Shown: in pieces, positions 1-8,415 of the stretch
Numbering within the stretch: the first letter of the stretch is position 1
How the letters are laid out: the number at the start of each line of letters is the position of its first letter
Source: an uncultured delta proteobacterium
GTDB lineage: Bacteria; Desulfobacterota; Desulfuromonadia; Geobacterales; Pseudopelobacteraceae
Direction: 5' to 3'
NCBI GenBank assembly: GCA_963772835.1
Contig: CAVYYZ010000006.1
Coordinates: forward strand, 32,001-96,000
Length of the DNA: 64,000 nucleotides
Translations under genes and position numbers: made by a program
Notes under the pieces: generated by a model
Databases searched by the model: none
What the model saw: only the letters and a program-made list of their open reading frames with translations
What the model was told of the DNA's origin: nothing

Positions 1-1
1 T

Positions 2-1447
2 GCCGAGGCTGAATTCACCGAACTTTCCGGAGGCACCAAACGTCGCGTACTGCTGGCACGGGCTCTCGTCTCAAATCCCGATATTCTCATTCTGGACGAA
101 CCGACCAACCACCTCGACATCGATACCATCCTCTGGCTGGAGGAGTTTCTCGCTAAAAATGTCAGGACAGTTATTTTTGTGACCCATGACCGTGCCTTTG
201 CCCGGCGGCTGGCCAACCGTGTTGCAGAACTGGATCGGGGCCGGATCTATGCATTCTCCTGCGGCTACGACGAATTCGTTGAACGGCGCGAAGCGCTGCT
301 GGAGGCGGAAATTTCCCGGCAGGCGCTGTTTGATAAAAAACTGGCGCAGGAAGAGGTCTGGGTCAGGCAGGGAATCAAAGCCCGCCGCACCCGGAATGAA
401 GGGCGCGTACGGGCGCTGAAGAAACTGCGGGAAGAATCCCGGCAGCGGAGAGAACGGCAGGGGACTGCCAAAATCCAGCTGCAGGTGGCTGATCGCTCCG
501 GTGCGCTGGTTACAGAGGCGTCGGGTGTGACCTTTGCCTACGACGGCCGTCCGATAGTTGAGAATCTCTCCACCACGATCATGCGCGGAGACCGGATCGG
601 GATTATCGGCCCGAATGGGTCGGGTAAAACAACTCTGCTCCGTCTGCTTCTTGGTGAACTGGAACCGCAACTGGGAGAGATCAAACTGGGCACCCGGCGC
701 GAGGTGATCTATTTCGATCAGCTGCGCGAACAGCTTGATCTGGACAAAAGTGTTCAGGAGAACGTGGGGGAGGGGAACGATACCCTGATCATAAATGGCC
801 AGTCCCGTCATATCATCGGTTATCTGCAGGATTTTCTCTTTTCACCGGAGCGGGCGCGCTCCCCGGTCAGTATCCTGTCGGGTGGCGAGCGCAACCGGCT
901 GCTTCTCGCAAAGCTCTTCACCAAACCTTCCAATATCCTGGTGATGGATGAACCGACGAACGACCTTGATGCCGAGACCCTCGACCTGCTGGAGGATCTG
1001 CTGATGGAATATCCCGGTACGCTGCTTCTGGTAAGCCACGATCGGGATTTCCTTAACAATGTTGTTTCGAGTACGCTGGTGCTGTCCGGCGACGGGTCCG
1101 TACGGGAGTTTGTCGGCGGATATGACGACTGGCTTAATCAGGCCGCGGCGGAAACAGCAGCAGTGGTCCAGGCTTCGCAGAAAGCCGCCACGGATAAGGG
1201 GAAGCCTCAGAAAGAAAAGGCCCGCAAGCTTTCATTCAATGATCAACGTGAGCTGGATTCACTGCCGGAACAGATCGCCGCCATCGAAAAAGAGCAGCAG
1301 GAGTTGCACGCCCGCCTGGCCGATCCCGATTTCTACAAGAGCGCGGGAGGAGAGGTGGCTGTCCTGAACGCCCGTCTGGCGGTGCTGGAAGGGGAGCTGG
1401 AAGAGGCCTTTCTGCGTTGGGATGAACTGGAGAGTTTGAAGGGGTAA
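2..1447 (+). CDS. uup: ABC-F family ATPase Uup (5' truncated by window edge)
   Basis: The frame is open from position 2 (AEAEFTELSGGTKRR...LDEPTNHLD). Second NBD has GPNGSGKT, LSGGE and DEPTNDLD. The linker GIKARRTRNEGRVRAL and the C-terminal coiled coil are typical of Uup. Confidence 0.9.
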   Translation, partial: AEAEFTELSGGTKRRVLLARALVSNPDILILDEPTNHLDIDTILWLEEFLAKNVRTVIFVTHDRAFARRLANRVAELDRGRIYAFSCGYDEFVERREALLEAEISRQALFDKKLAQEEVWVRQGIKARRTRNEGRVRALKKLREESRQRRERQGTAKIQLQVADRSGALVTEASGVTFAYDGRPIVENLSTTIMRGDRIGIIGPNGSGKTTLLRLLLGELEPQLGEIKLGTRREVIYFDQLREQLDLDKSVQENVGEGNDTLIINGQSRHIIGYLQDFLFSPERARSPVSILSGGERNRLLLAKLFTKPSNILVMDEPTNDLDAETLDLLEDLLMEYPGTLLLVSHDRDFLNNVVSSTLVLSGDGSVREFVGGYDDWLNQAAAETAAVVQASQKAATDKGKPQKEKARKLSFNDQRELDSLPEQIAAIEKEQQELHARLADPDFYKSAGGEVAVLNARLAVLEGELEEAFLRWDELESLKG

Positions 1448-1450
1448 TGA

Positions 1451-2653
1451 CTACTCCACAACCGGCATTCGCAGCAGTAACGCTGCCACACCTAAGGCTG
1501 CCAGCAAAAGCAGTGCTATCATCGCCGCCACCCCGTCCCACCCGAAATGCTGCCAGAACAGTCCCCCCACGGTGCCTGAAACGCTTGAACCGAGATAATA
1601 GGCGAACAGATAGAGAGACGAGGCCTGGGCTTTAGCCGTCCGGGCGCGCCTGCCGACCCAGCTGGAAGCGATTGCATGGGCGCTGAAGAAGCCGCAGGTA
1701 AAGATCCCCACTCCCGCTACGATAAGCACGAGCGACCCGGCCAGTGTGACCAGTGTCCCTGCCAGCATGGTCGCCAGAGTCATCCTGATCATGAAAGGTC
1801 GCCCGAATCGGTGAATCAGGCTGCCGACAACCCCCGAACTGAACGATCCCAGCAGATAGACCAGAAAAATAAGGCTGACCTGAAACTGACTGAGGTAATA
1901 CGGTGCGGCCAGCAGTCTGAAGCCGATGTAGTTGTAGAGCGAGATGAACCCGCCCATCGAAAGAAAGGCCAGCGCGTACAGGCAGAGCAGTCCGGGGTCG
2001 TGCAGGTGCTGGAATAAAGAGGTGAACAGGTAACGCATCCGGAAAGGTCGCTGGCTGAAGTTGGTGGAGGGGGGGAGGCTCTTCAAAAACAGCAGGCTGA
2101 GAAGCAGGCTGATGACACCGATCAGAGCGATTGCCGTGTGCCAGGGGAAATGCCCGCAGAGCAGAGCCGACCCGATGCGCCCGGACATCCCCCCCAGCGC
2201 ATTGCCGCTGATATAAAGCCCCATGGCATGGCCGATCGCCTGCGCATCCATCTCTTCCCCCAAATATGCCATCGCCACAGAGGGGACACCAGCCAGAACG
2301 AGACCCTGCATTAGACGCAGAATCAGCAGCGATTGGAACGAGTGGCTGAAGATTGTTGCCACTGCCAGAAATGACGTCAGAAAGAGTGCGGTCGACATAA
2401 CCTGACGTCGTCCGAGCGTTTCGGATACGGTGCCGGCAATCAGCATGCCGAGTGCCAAAGCAATGGTTGAAAATGAAAGCGGCAGACTGGCTACGGCCGG
2501 TGAAACTCCGAACTCCTGTGCGAACAGGGGGAGGAGCGGTTGTATGTCATAGAGCGTGACAAATGTAACGAAGCCAGCGCAGAACAGAGCTATGTTAATA
2601 CGCCGGAATGCAGTAGTTCCGACCCGCACCTGTCCTTCCGTCCCAACGGGCAT
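1451..2653 (-). CDS. MFS transporter (YnfM-like)
   Basis: 400 aa with about 12 hydrophobic segments. Motif A-like GTVSETLGRR; also LYDIQPLLP and AMGLYISGNALGGMSGR. Confidence 0.85.
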   Translation of the reverse strand: MPVGTEGQVRVGTTAFRRINIALFCAGFVTFVTLYDIQPLLPLFAQEFGVSPAVASLPLSFSTIALALGMLIAGTVSETLGRRQVMSTALFLTSFLAVATIFSHSFQSLLILRLMQGLVLAGVPSVAMAYLGEEMDAQAIGHAMGLYISGNALGGMSGRIGSALLCGHFPWHTAIALIGVISLLLSLLFLKSLPPSTNFSQRPFRMRYLFTSLFQHLHDPGLLCLYALAFLSMGGFISLYNYIGFRLLAAPYYLSQFQVSLIFLVYLLGSFSSGVVGSLIHRFGRPFMIRMTLATMLAGTLVTLAGSLVLIVAGVGIFTCGFFSAHAIASSWVGRRARTAKAQASSLYLFAYYLGSSVSGTVGGLFWQHFGWDGVAAMIALLLLAALGVAALLLRMPVVE

Positions 2654-2871
2654 GATTTCTCCTTTTGAATACGTGCGGCCGAGTCAGTCAATAGCAAAAA
2701 CACCGCTAAAATACTACACGAAGTTTACGGGCGCGCTTGCGTAATGTAAAAATTAAAGAACTCTATTGACAACGGAGAATATTTGCGAGATTGTTCACCC
2801 AAATGGCTGAAAATTGCCGGAGGCGTCGGAAATGCGGGCGGTACATTCCGGACTTATACCCAGGGGGGAAC

Positions 2872-4302
2872 ATGAACGTATTATTTAAAGCCTGCGGACA
2901 GATTACAATTCTGGTGACATTTCTCGCGATGTTCGGCTGCGCCGGCTCCTCGACCTTTACGGCGTACCCCCAGAAAATCGAGCCCCTTATCACCTCCCTG
3001 TCAACCCGTACTCCGACCGATTTGACGCAGTGCATGCTGAGTGAGTGCACCGGCAATGATCTGATTCTCTACAACATGGAACGCGGGCGATATGCATATG
3101 TGATCGGAAACAGTGACGTCAGTATGGCTGACTTCAAGGTTTCGATGGGAAAAATCAGGGAAAATGACGAAAAAGCTCTGATCAGCGCATCAGATATCGG
3201 CGCCAATGTGGCGGCAACAATGGTTAATGATAACGCGATTCCTTACGAGGGAGAGGGTTACGAACGGGTCTTGCTGCATCACTACCAGGCGCTTAATTAT
3301 CTGAGAAAGAAGGATCTCGAGGGTGCCGGAGTCGAGGTCAGGCGTGCCAATGCCGAGCAGAACGACGCACTGAAACGTTTTGAAAAGGAGTTGGCGAAAG
3401 GGCAGGACGGGGCGGATTCCAACAGCGTATCCCGGGTCGATTCCCAGTACGCACAAATGGACGAGGTCGCCGGTAAGGTAAAAAACTCGTTCCAGAATGC
3501 ATACACTTTCTACGTTTCCGGATTTGTTTATGAATTGCTCCGGCAGCCTAATGATGCCTATATCGATTATAAAAAAGCGCTGGAGATCTACCCGAATAAC
3601 AGGTATCTGCAGAAAGATGTGCTGCGGCTCGCCGCCAAACTTGAAATGAACGACGAGCTTGGCGAGCTGAAGAAACGGTTTCCGATTGGAAACAAAAAAT
3701 TTATCGATGAAAGCGGCCCTGATACCGGTGAGCTTCTGGTGCTTTTTGAAGATGGGTTTGTCCCTCAGAAACAGGAAATAAAAATACCGATTCCGATCAG
3801 CAGCTCCGGACTTGTAACTTTGGCATTTCCAATTTATAAGGAAAGATGGTCGGCTCAGGTCCCGCTGCGGATCCTCAGCAAAAATGAATATATCGGCAGC
3901 ACCGAGCCTATCTGTGATGTCCGTGCGCTGGCGGTAAAGGCGCTAAAAGAAAAGGCGGGGGTGATTGCCGCGCGTCAGGTCATCCGTGCCGTTGCGAAAG
4001 GTGTTACTGCTGCCGCAGCTAAAGAGACCTTTGGTGAATTCGGCAAGTTTGCCACGAACGTCTGGAACTTTGTCAGTGAAAATGCCGATCTTCGCAGTTG
4101 GCTGACATTGCCGTCTAATGCCCAGATACTGCGGATATCACTGCCGGCGGGGAGCCATAATCTGGCTCTGCAGCATCCGATGGCAGTCAGTACGACGTAC
4201 ATTGATGTCGATATACCGGCGGATGGCAAAACAGTCGTGCTGGTAACACGGGCAGGGGGGCAGCTTTACACTTCTGCAACCCCATTCTCGCGATCAGAAT
4301 AG
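2872..4302 (+). CDS. COG3014-like TPR-type lipoprotein
   Basis: ATG at 2872 follows GGGGG. Lipobox-like MFGC; motifs YEGEGYE, A.VEVRRA and ADLRSWLTLP. Synteny with ycfL/lpoB-like genes. Confidence 0.7.
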   Translation: MNVLFKACGQITILVTFLAMFGCAGSSTFTAYPQKIEPLITSLSTRTPTDLTQCMLSECTGNDLILYNMERGRYAYVIGNSDVSMADFKVSMGKIRENDEKALISASDIGANVAATMVNDNAIPYEGEGYERVLLHHYQALNYLRKKDLEGAGVEVRRANAEQNDALKRFEKELAKGQDGADSNSVSRVDSQYAQMDEVAGKVKNSFQNAYTFYVSGFVYELLRQPNDAYIDYKKALEIYPNNRYLQKDVLRLAAKLEMNDELGELKKRFPIGNKKFIDESGPDTGELLVLFEDGFVPQKQEIKIPIPISSSGLVTLAFPIYKERWSAQVPLRILSKNEYIGSTEPICDVRALAVKALKEKAGVIAARQVIRAVAKGVTAAAAKETFGEFGKFATNVWNFVSENADLRSWLTLPSNAQILRISLPAGSHNLALQHPMAVSTTYIDVDIPADGKTVVLVTRAGGQLYTSATPFSRSE

Positions 4303-4317
4303 AACGAGGAGGAGTAT

Positions 4318-5436
4318 ATGAAAATAGTCCTGTTGTTTCTCGGTACACTGTTGGTCTGTCCCGGTTTCGTTCTGTCTGGCTTTTCTGCGGAAAGTCAGCC
4401 CGACCAGCCGACGCTGCGCGCCGCTATTTTTATCCAAAATAGAGCCGGGGATGATTTTAGCGGCAAACTTGACGTGTTGAACGATCTGTTGACAGCCCGC
4501 TTGACTGAGAAGGGCTTTTCAGTGATTGACCGCAGTGTGGTGGCCGCCCGGTTCCGGGAGGCGCGAGATATTGATCCGGCACTGCAGCATGAGGTAAGTG
4601 CCCTGTCGGGCGGTTCGGGAGATATTGAGAACTCACTGTCCGGTGCTTCGGCTTTGCGCATCGCGCAGATGATCGGAGCTGATTACCTGATAATGGCCTC
4701 TTTGACCTCGTTCGGCCAGGAAACCAGGACGTTCCAGGGAGAAGGAACGAGCTATGGAACAAACAACAAAAGCTATCTCTATACACTCCGGATTGCCCTC
4801 AAGGTGTTGGAAGGGAATTCCGGCGGCACGGTGTACGGTGATCTGGTCTCCGTTGCGGAACGGGTTGCCGTTGTGCAGCAGCTGAAAATAGAATCAACCG
4901 AAGTTGTTAATAAATTACTGGATGCCGGCGCACTCAAAGTGGCTGATACTGTCGGTGCCAAAATTCAGAGAATTCGTGATGTCAAGGTAAAGGCGGCAGC
5001 AGTTGTCGAGTTTTCAGTGAATAGCAGTGTCGACGGTGCTACTGTTGAACTGGACGGTGCAGTCATCGGCTCAACACCCGGCCGTTTTGCCGCAGCACCC
5101 GGTCTGCATCAATTAAAGATTGCAAAACAGTGGCTGACCACATGGGACAAGACAGTCAATATTTTTTCCAATCAGGTCCTGACGGTGACGCTTGAACTCT
5201 CAGCCGAAGGACTCAAGCGCTACTCTACTATTGAACAGCTAAAACTTGACCTGGCCCGAACAAAGATGCAATCCGAAATAGAGGTAAAAGAGCGGGAAGG
5301 AAACATCGAGACGAACAAGCAGCTGAGCGAAGCCGATGCCTACTCTAAAAAGACGATTGCCGATGGTGAAAAGAAGAAGCGGGAAGACAGTTACGACCGG
5401 GTCGAGACTGCACCATCCACTGTAATTAACAAATAG
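4318..5436 (+). CDS. Exported protein with CsgG/TolB_N-like N-domain, PEGA domain and C-terminal coiled coil
   Basis: Strong RBS GAGGAGG and a signal peptide. FSVIDRS...AQMIGADYLI (CsgG-like); VNSSVDGATVELDG.VIGSTP...GLHQLKI (PEGA). Confidence 0.65.
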   Translation: MKIVLLFLGTLLVCPGFVLSGFSAESQPDQPTLRAAIFIQNRAGDDFSGKLDVLNDLLTARLTEKGFSVIDRSVVAARFREARDIDPALQHEVSALSGGSGDIENSLSGASALRIAQMIGADYLIMASLTSFGQETRTFQGEGTSYGTNNKSYLYTLRIALKVLEGNSGGTVYGDLVSVAERVAVVQQLKIESTEVVNKLLDAGALKVADTVGAKIQRIRDVKVKAAAVVEFSVNSSVDGATVELDGAVIGSTPGRFAAAPGLHQLKIAKQWLTTWDKTVNIFSNQVLTVTLELSAEGLKRYSTIEQLKLDLARTKMQSEIEVKEREGNIETNKQLSEADAYSKKTIADGEKKKREDSYDRVETAPSTVINK

Positions 5437-5449
5437 AAGGGAGTATACT

Positions 5450-6475
5450 ATGCGTGTAGTGTCAAGAGTGTGTACCGTACTAATTATCTCTATTCTACTG
5501 GTGCCGTTGTGTGCTTCAGCTGCAGAACTGAGCAAGGGGGAGAAGGACACCATTTTTATCGGTACGCTGAAGGTTCAGCCGTCAGTCATTGAAATGGCGG
5601 TGAAAAAGAATCGACAGGCTGAGCTGAGGCGGGTCATTAACTCCCTGGAAACCCAGTTTATTTCCGCGCTGAATTCGACCCGCGTATTTCAGCTGGTAGA
5701 GCGAAGTCGCAAGGGAGATATTGAGCTAGAGCAGGGTTTTGCAGCAGTGGCCGTCGATCCGAATGACAAGAATGCTGCCCAGGCCGGTAAGATGGCCGGC
5801 GCCAAGTTTGCCTTCCTGCCGCAGATTGACGGTTTTGACGACAAATCCGAGACGACAGAATATCAGGCAATCGGCCGGGGATCTCTGAGCCGCAAGCTGT
5901 TTTTGTCGGCAGTGGTTCAGGTCGTCGACACGACAACCGGAAAATTGCTCCCCGATTCTCCCAGCATCCAGCTCAACATGAATGAAGAGGTTGAGAATGC
6001 TAAATTAGGGCAGATTTCAGGGAGTGACGAAATCCTCGTCTCACTGGCCAAAGAAATGGCACGAAAACTTTCGCAGGAGGTCGTTGCGCTTCTTCGCCCG
6101 GCAAAGGTTCTGGCGGTCACCGGCAAACAGGTAATGATCAATCGGGGCAGCGACGCGGGGTTCGTAAAGGGTAATATTGTTGAAATATATGCTGTTCAGA
6201 GCGTCAAGGATGATGACACCGGTGAATTATTGAATAACGAGGTGCCGGTTGGGCAGGCGATTATCGGCCGGATTGATAGAAATATCAGTTATGCAGCCAT
6301 CAGCGGTGACGACATGGGAATTACCAAAGGGTGCGTGGTCCGTTTTTTGAGAACGGCGACCGCGCCTGTCGTTGAAATGGCGCCACCGCCAGATGTGACA
6401 CTGCCTGATTTTGGGTCAAAAGATGCTGCGGGGGATACCCCCGGTTCAAGTGACAAACCACTCAAGTGGAAATAG
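5450..6475 (+). CDS. Exported CsgG/HfaB-like protein with FlgT_C-like C-terminal domain
   Basis: Signal peptide. FQLVERS..DIELEQ...GKMAGAKF (CsgG-like); AKVLAV.GKQVMINRGSDAGF.KG (FlgT C-terminal-like). Confidence 0.65.
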   Translation: MRVVSRVCTVLIISILLVPLCASAAELSKGEKDTIFIGTLKVQPSVIEMAVKKNRQAELRRVINSLETQFISALNSTRVFQLVERSRKGDIELEQGFAAVAVDPNDKNAAQAGKMAGAKFAFLPQIDGFDDKSETTEYQAIGRGSLSRKLFLSAVVQVVDTTTGKLLPDSPSIQLNMNEEVENAKLGQISGSDEILVSLAKEMARKLSQEVVALLRPAKVLAVTGKQVMINRGSDAGFVKGNIVEIYAVQSVKDDDTGELLNNEVPVGQAIIGRIDRNISYAAISGDDMGITKGCVVRFLRTATAPVVEMAPPPDVTLPDFGSKDAAGDTPGSSDKPLKWK

Positions 6476-6484
6476 GGAGGAGAC

Positions 6485-6931
6485 ATGATGAGACAGATGA
6501 GAAGCGTTATTGTTGGTGGAATAACAGCAGTTGCTGCCATTGCGTCGCTGGGCCTGGCCGGATGCAGCACAACGGCCGGAGTGGAAACGACCGGCAAATC
6601 GACCTGGGATGAGCAGGGTGCCCGGTCACTTGAAAAGAATGTGGTATTCAACAACAGCGGGCTCAAGGGAGACATTCAGGTTGTCGAAGTAAAAAGCGTC
6701 ATGGCGGGTGATATTATGAGGGTTCAAGCCACGTTGCGATCCAAAGACAAGTCGACCCTGCCTTTTCAGTACCGCTTCGACTGGTATGATGCCGGCGGTC
6801 TTGAAATAAATTCCGGGGCCGGATCCTGGAAGCCGCTCATCCTGTATGGCCGTGAGACCAAAACCATACAGAGTGTGGCGCCGGATCCGCGAGCCAAAGA
6901 GTTCAAGCTTAAAATCCGTGAACCGGACTAG
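6485..6931 (+). CDS. YcfL/DUF1425 family lipoprotein
   Basis: Lipobox LAGC; FQYRFDWYDAGG and SVAPDPRA motifs; lies directly upstream of an lpoB-like gene. Confidence 0.8.
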   Translation: MMRQMRSVIVGGITAVAAIASLGLAGCSTTAGVETTGKSTWDEQGARSLEKNVVFNNSGLKGDIQVVEVKSVMAGDIMRVQATLRSKDKSTLPFQYRFDWYDAGGLEINSGAGSWKPLILYGRETKTIQSVAPDPRAKEFKLKIREPD

Positions 6932-7034
6932 CAGGTCATGAGCCCTCTGCCCCGCGAGGGGAGCGGGCCTGAATGCACAATGAGACGGTCTGCAGCATAG
7001 TTACTTAATCTAAACGTAAGCGAGGATACACCCT

Positions 7035-7637
7035 ATGAAAAACGGAATGAAAGCACTTTTGGCAGTGGCAGCGATTGGCGCGTTAACTCTTTCCGGTTGT
7101 GCATCCACCATGCAGTACGGTGATGCCGGGTCGGCCAAACCGATTTCGACCGAGTTCGGTTCATCAGACCTTCAACAGATCGCCGAAGCGATGGTCGATT
7201 CGATGATTACGTTTCCGCCGATGGTAGAATTGACCTCTGCTCGCCGCCCGGTAGTAAGTGTCGACAAGGTCAAGAACAAGACGATGCAGCATATCGATAC
7301 GGAATCAGTTACCGATTCCATCCGGACGAAATTGCTCCGCTCCGGGAAATTCCGTTTTATCGATCGTACGACAGACGCCCAGACTATTGAAGAACTTAAA
7401 ACCCAGCAGGACAGCGGACTGGTCGATAAGAAGAGTGCCGTTAAATTCGGCCAGCAGATCGGTGCCGAATTTCTGCTGACATCCAACTTCTCCGAGATTA
7501 AACAGAAGGCCGGCAGCACGACCGATGTATACTACAAGTTTACGATGTCGCTCAAAAATCTGAAAACCGGTATTCTGGAATGGTCCGATGAAAAAGAGAT
7601 CCGCAAGGTGTTCAACCGCGGTACGTTCGGGAGGTAA
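7035..7637 (+). CDS. lpoB: LpoB/YcfM-like penicillin-binding protein activator lipoprotein
   Basis: Lipobox LSGC; DLQQIAEAMVDSM, VKNKTMQHIDT, YYKFTMSL.NLKTG.LEWSDEKEIRK. Confidence 0.8.
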   Translation: MKNGMKALLAVAAIGALTLSGCASTMQYGDAGSAKPISTEFGSSDLQQIAEAMVDSMITFPPMVELTSARRPVVSVDKVKNKTMQHIDTESVTDSIRTKLLRSGKFRFIDRTTDAQTIEELKTQQDSGLVDKKSAVKFGQQIGAEFLLTSNFSEIKQKAGSTTDVYYKFTMSLKNLKTGILEWSDEKEIRKVFNRGTFGR

Positions 7638-7641
7638 TGCT

Positions 7642-8133
7642 ATGAAAAAAATGCTGTTATTACTGCCCGTCATGCTGCTGCTGGTGGCCTGTTCCGCTGC
7701 AAAGCCGAATTTCGTCTTTCTGGAAAAAACCGCTGTCGATCAGAATTCCGGTCTTACCTGGGCAAAAAACGCCAACATGCCCGGTCGTCAGCTGATCTGG
7801 CGCGGTGATGACAATGTGTATGAGTACATGAAGCGTCTGAATGAAATCAATTATGCCGGGTATGCCGATTGGCGGGTACCGTCCAAAGATGAGATGATCA
7901 AATTGCTCGAATATGCCAAGGCGATGGGGTATGACCAGGCAAAAATGGATACCTGGCCCTACCAGAAGCTGCGCGAGCTCGGTTTTATGGACGTGCGTGA
8001 TTATGAATACTGGACGGCCACCCGTAAATCGCCGACTGAAATATGGACGGCTGACATGACCAACGGCACGGTCGCGCCGAAACCGGAAAACAAGCCGTAT
8101 TATCTCTGGCCGGTCCGGGGGAATTCACGCTGA
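7642..8133 (+). CDS. DUF1566 (Lcl C-terminal domain) lipoprotein
   Basis: ATG at 7642 after GGAGG; lipobox LVAC; DQNSGLTW, GYADWRVPS.DE, YWT and C-terminal WPVR motifs. Confidence 0.8.
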   Translation: MKKMLLLLPVMLLLVACSAAKPNFVFLEKTAVDQNSGLTWAKNANMPGRQLIWRGDDNVYEYMKRLNEINYAGYADWRVPSKDEMIKLLEYAKAMGYDQAKMDTWPYQKLRELGFMDVRDYEYWTATRKSPTEIWTADMTNGTVAPKPENKPYYLWPVRGNSR

Positions 8134-8168
8134 ATCGCATGTGAAACATAATAACCATGTCAATAATC

Positions 8169-8204
8169 GCACCGCCCCTGCCGGAGAACCGGCAGGGGCG
8201 GTGC
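8169..8204. terminator. 16-bp GC-rich hairpin between convergent operons
   Basis: GCACCGCCCCTGCCGG-agaa-CCGGCAGGGGCGGTGC is a perfect stem. No clear U-tract. Confidence 0.6.
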
Positions 8205-8415
8205 CGTATGCGGCGACCGGCCTGAAGTATGATTTTAGTGTAATGTGGATGCGTAAGTAATTGCTAGTGATCGGCGCTGTCAGATCGATAGGTTACATGT
8301 TGTTTGAAATTTTGAGCTTTTATGAGGTTCAGGTCAATTTTGTAAAAAAGACGAGCTGTTCAAGATTGACTCCTTGTACCTGTATGGTGCGCCCGGACGT
8401 CAATGCTTACCCCCG

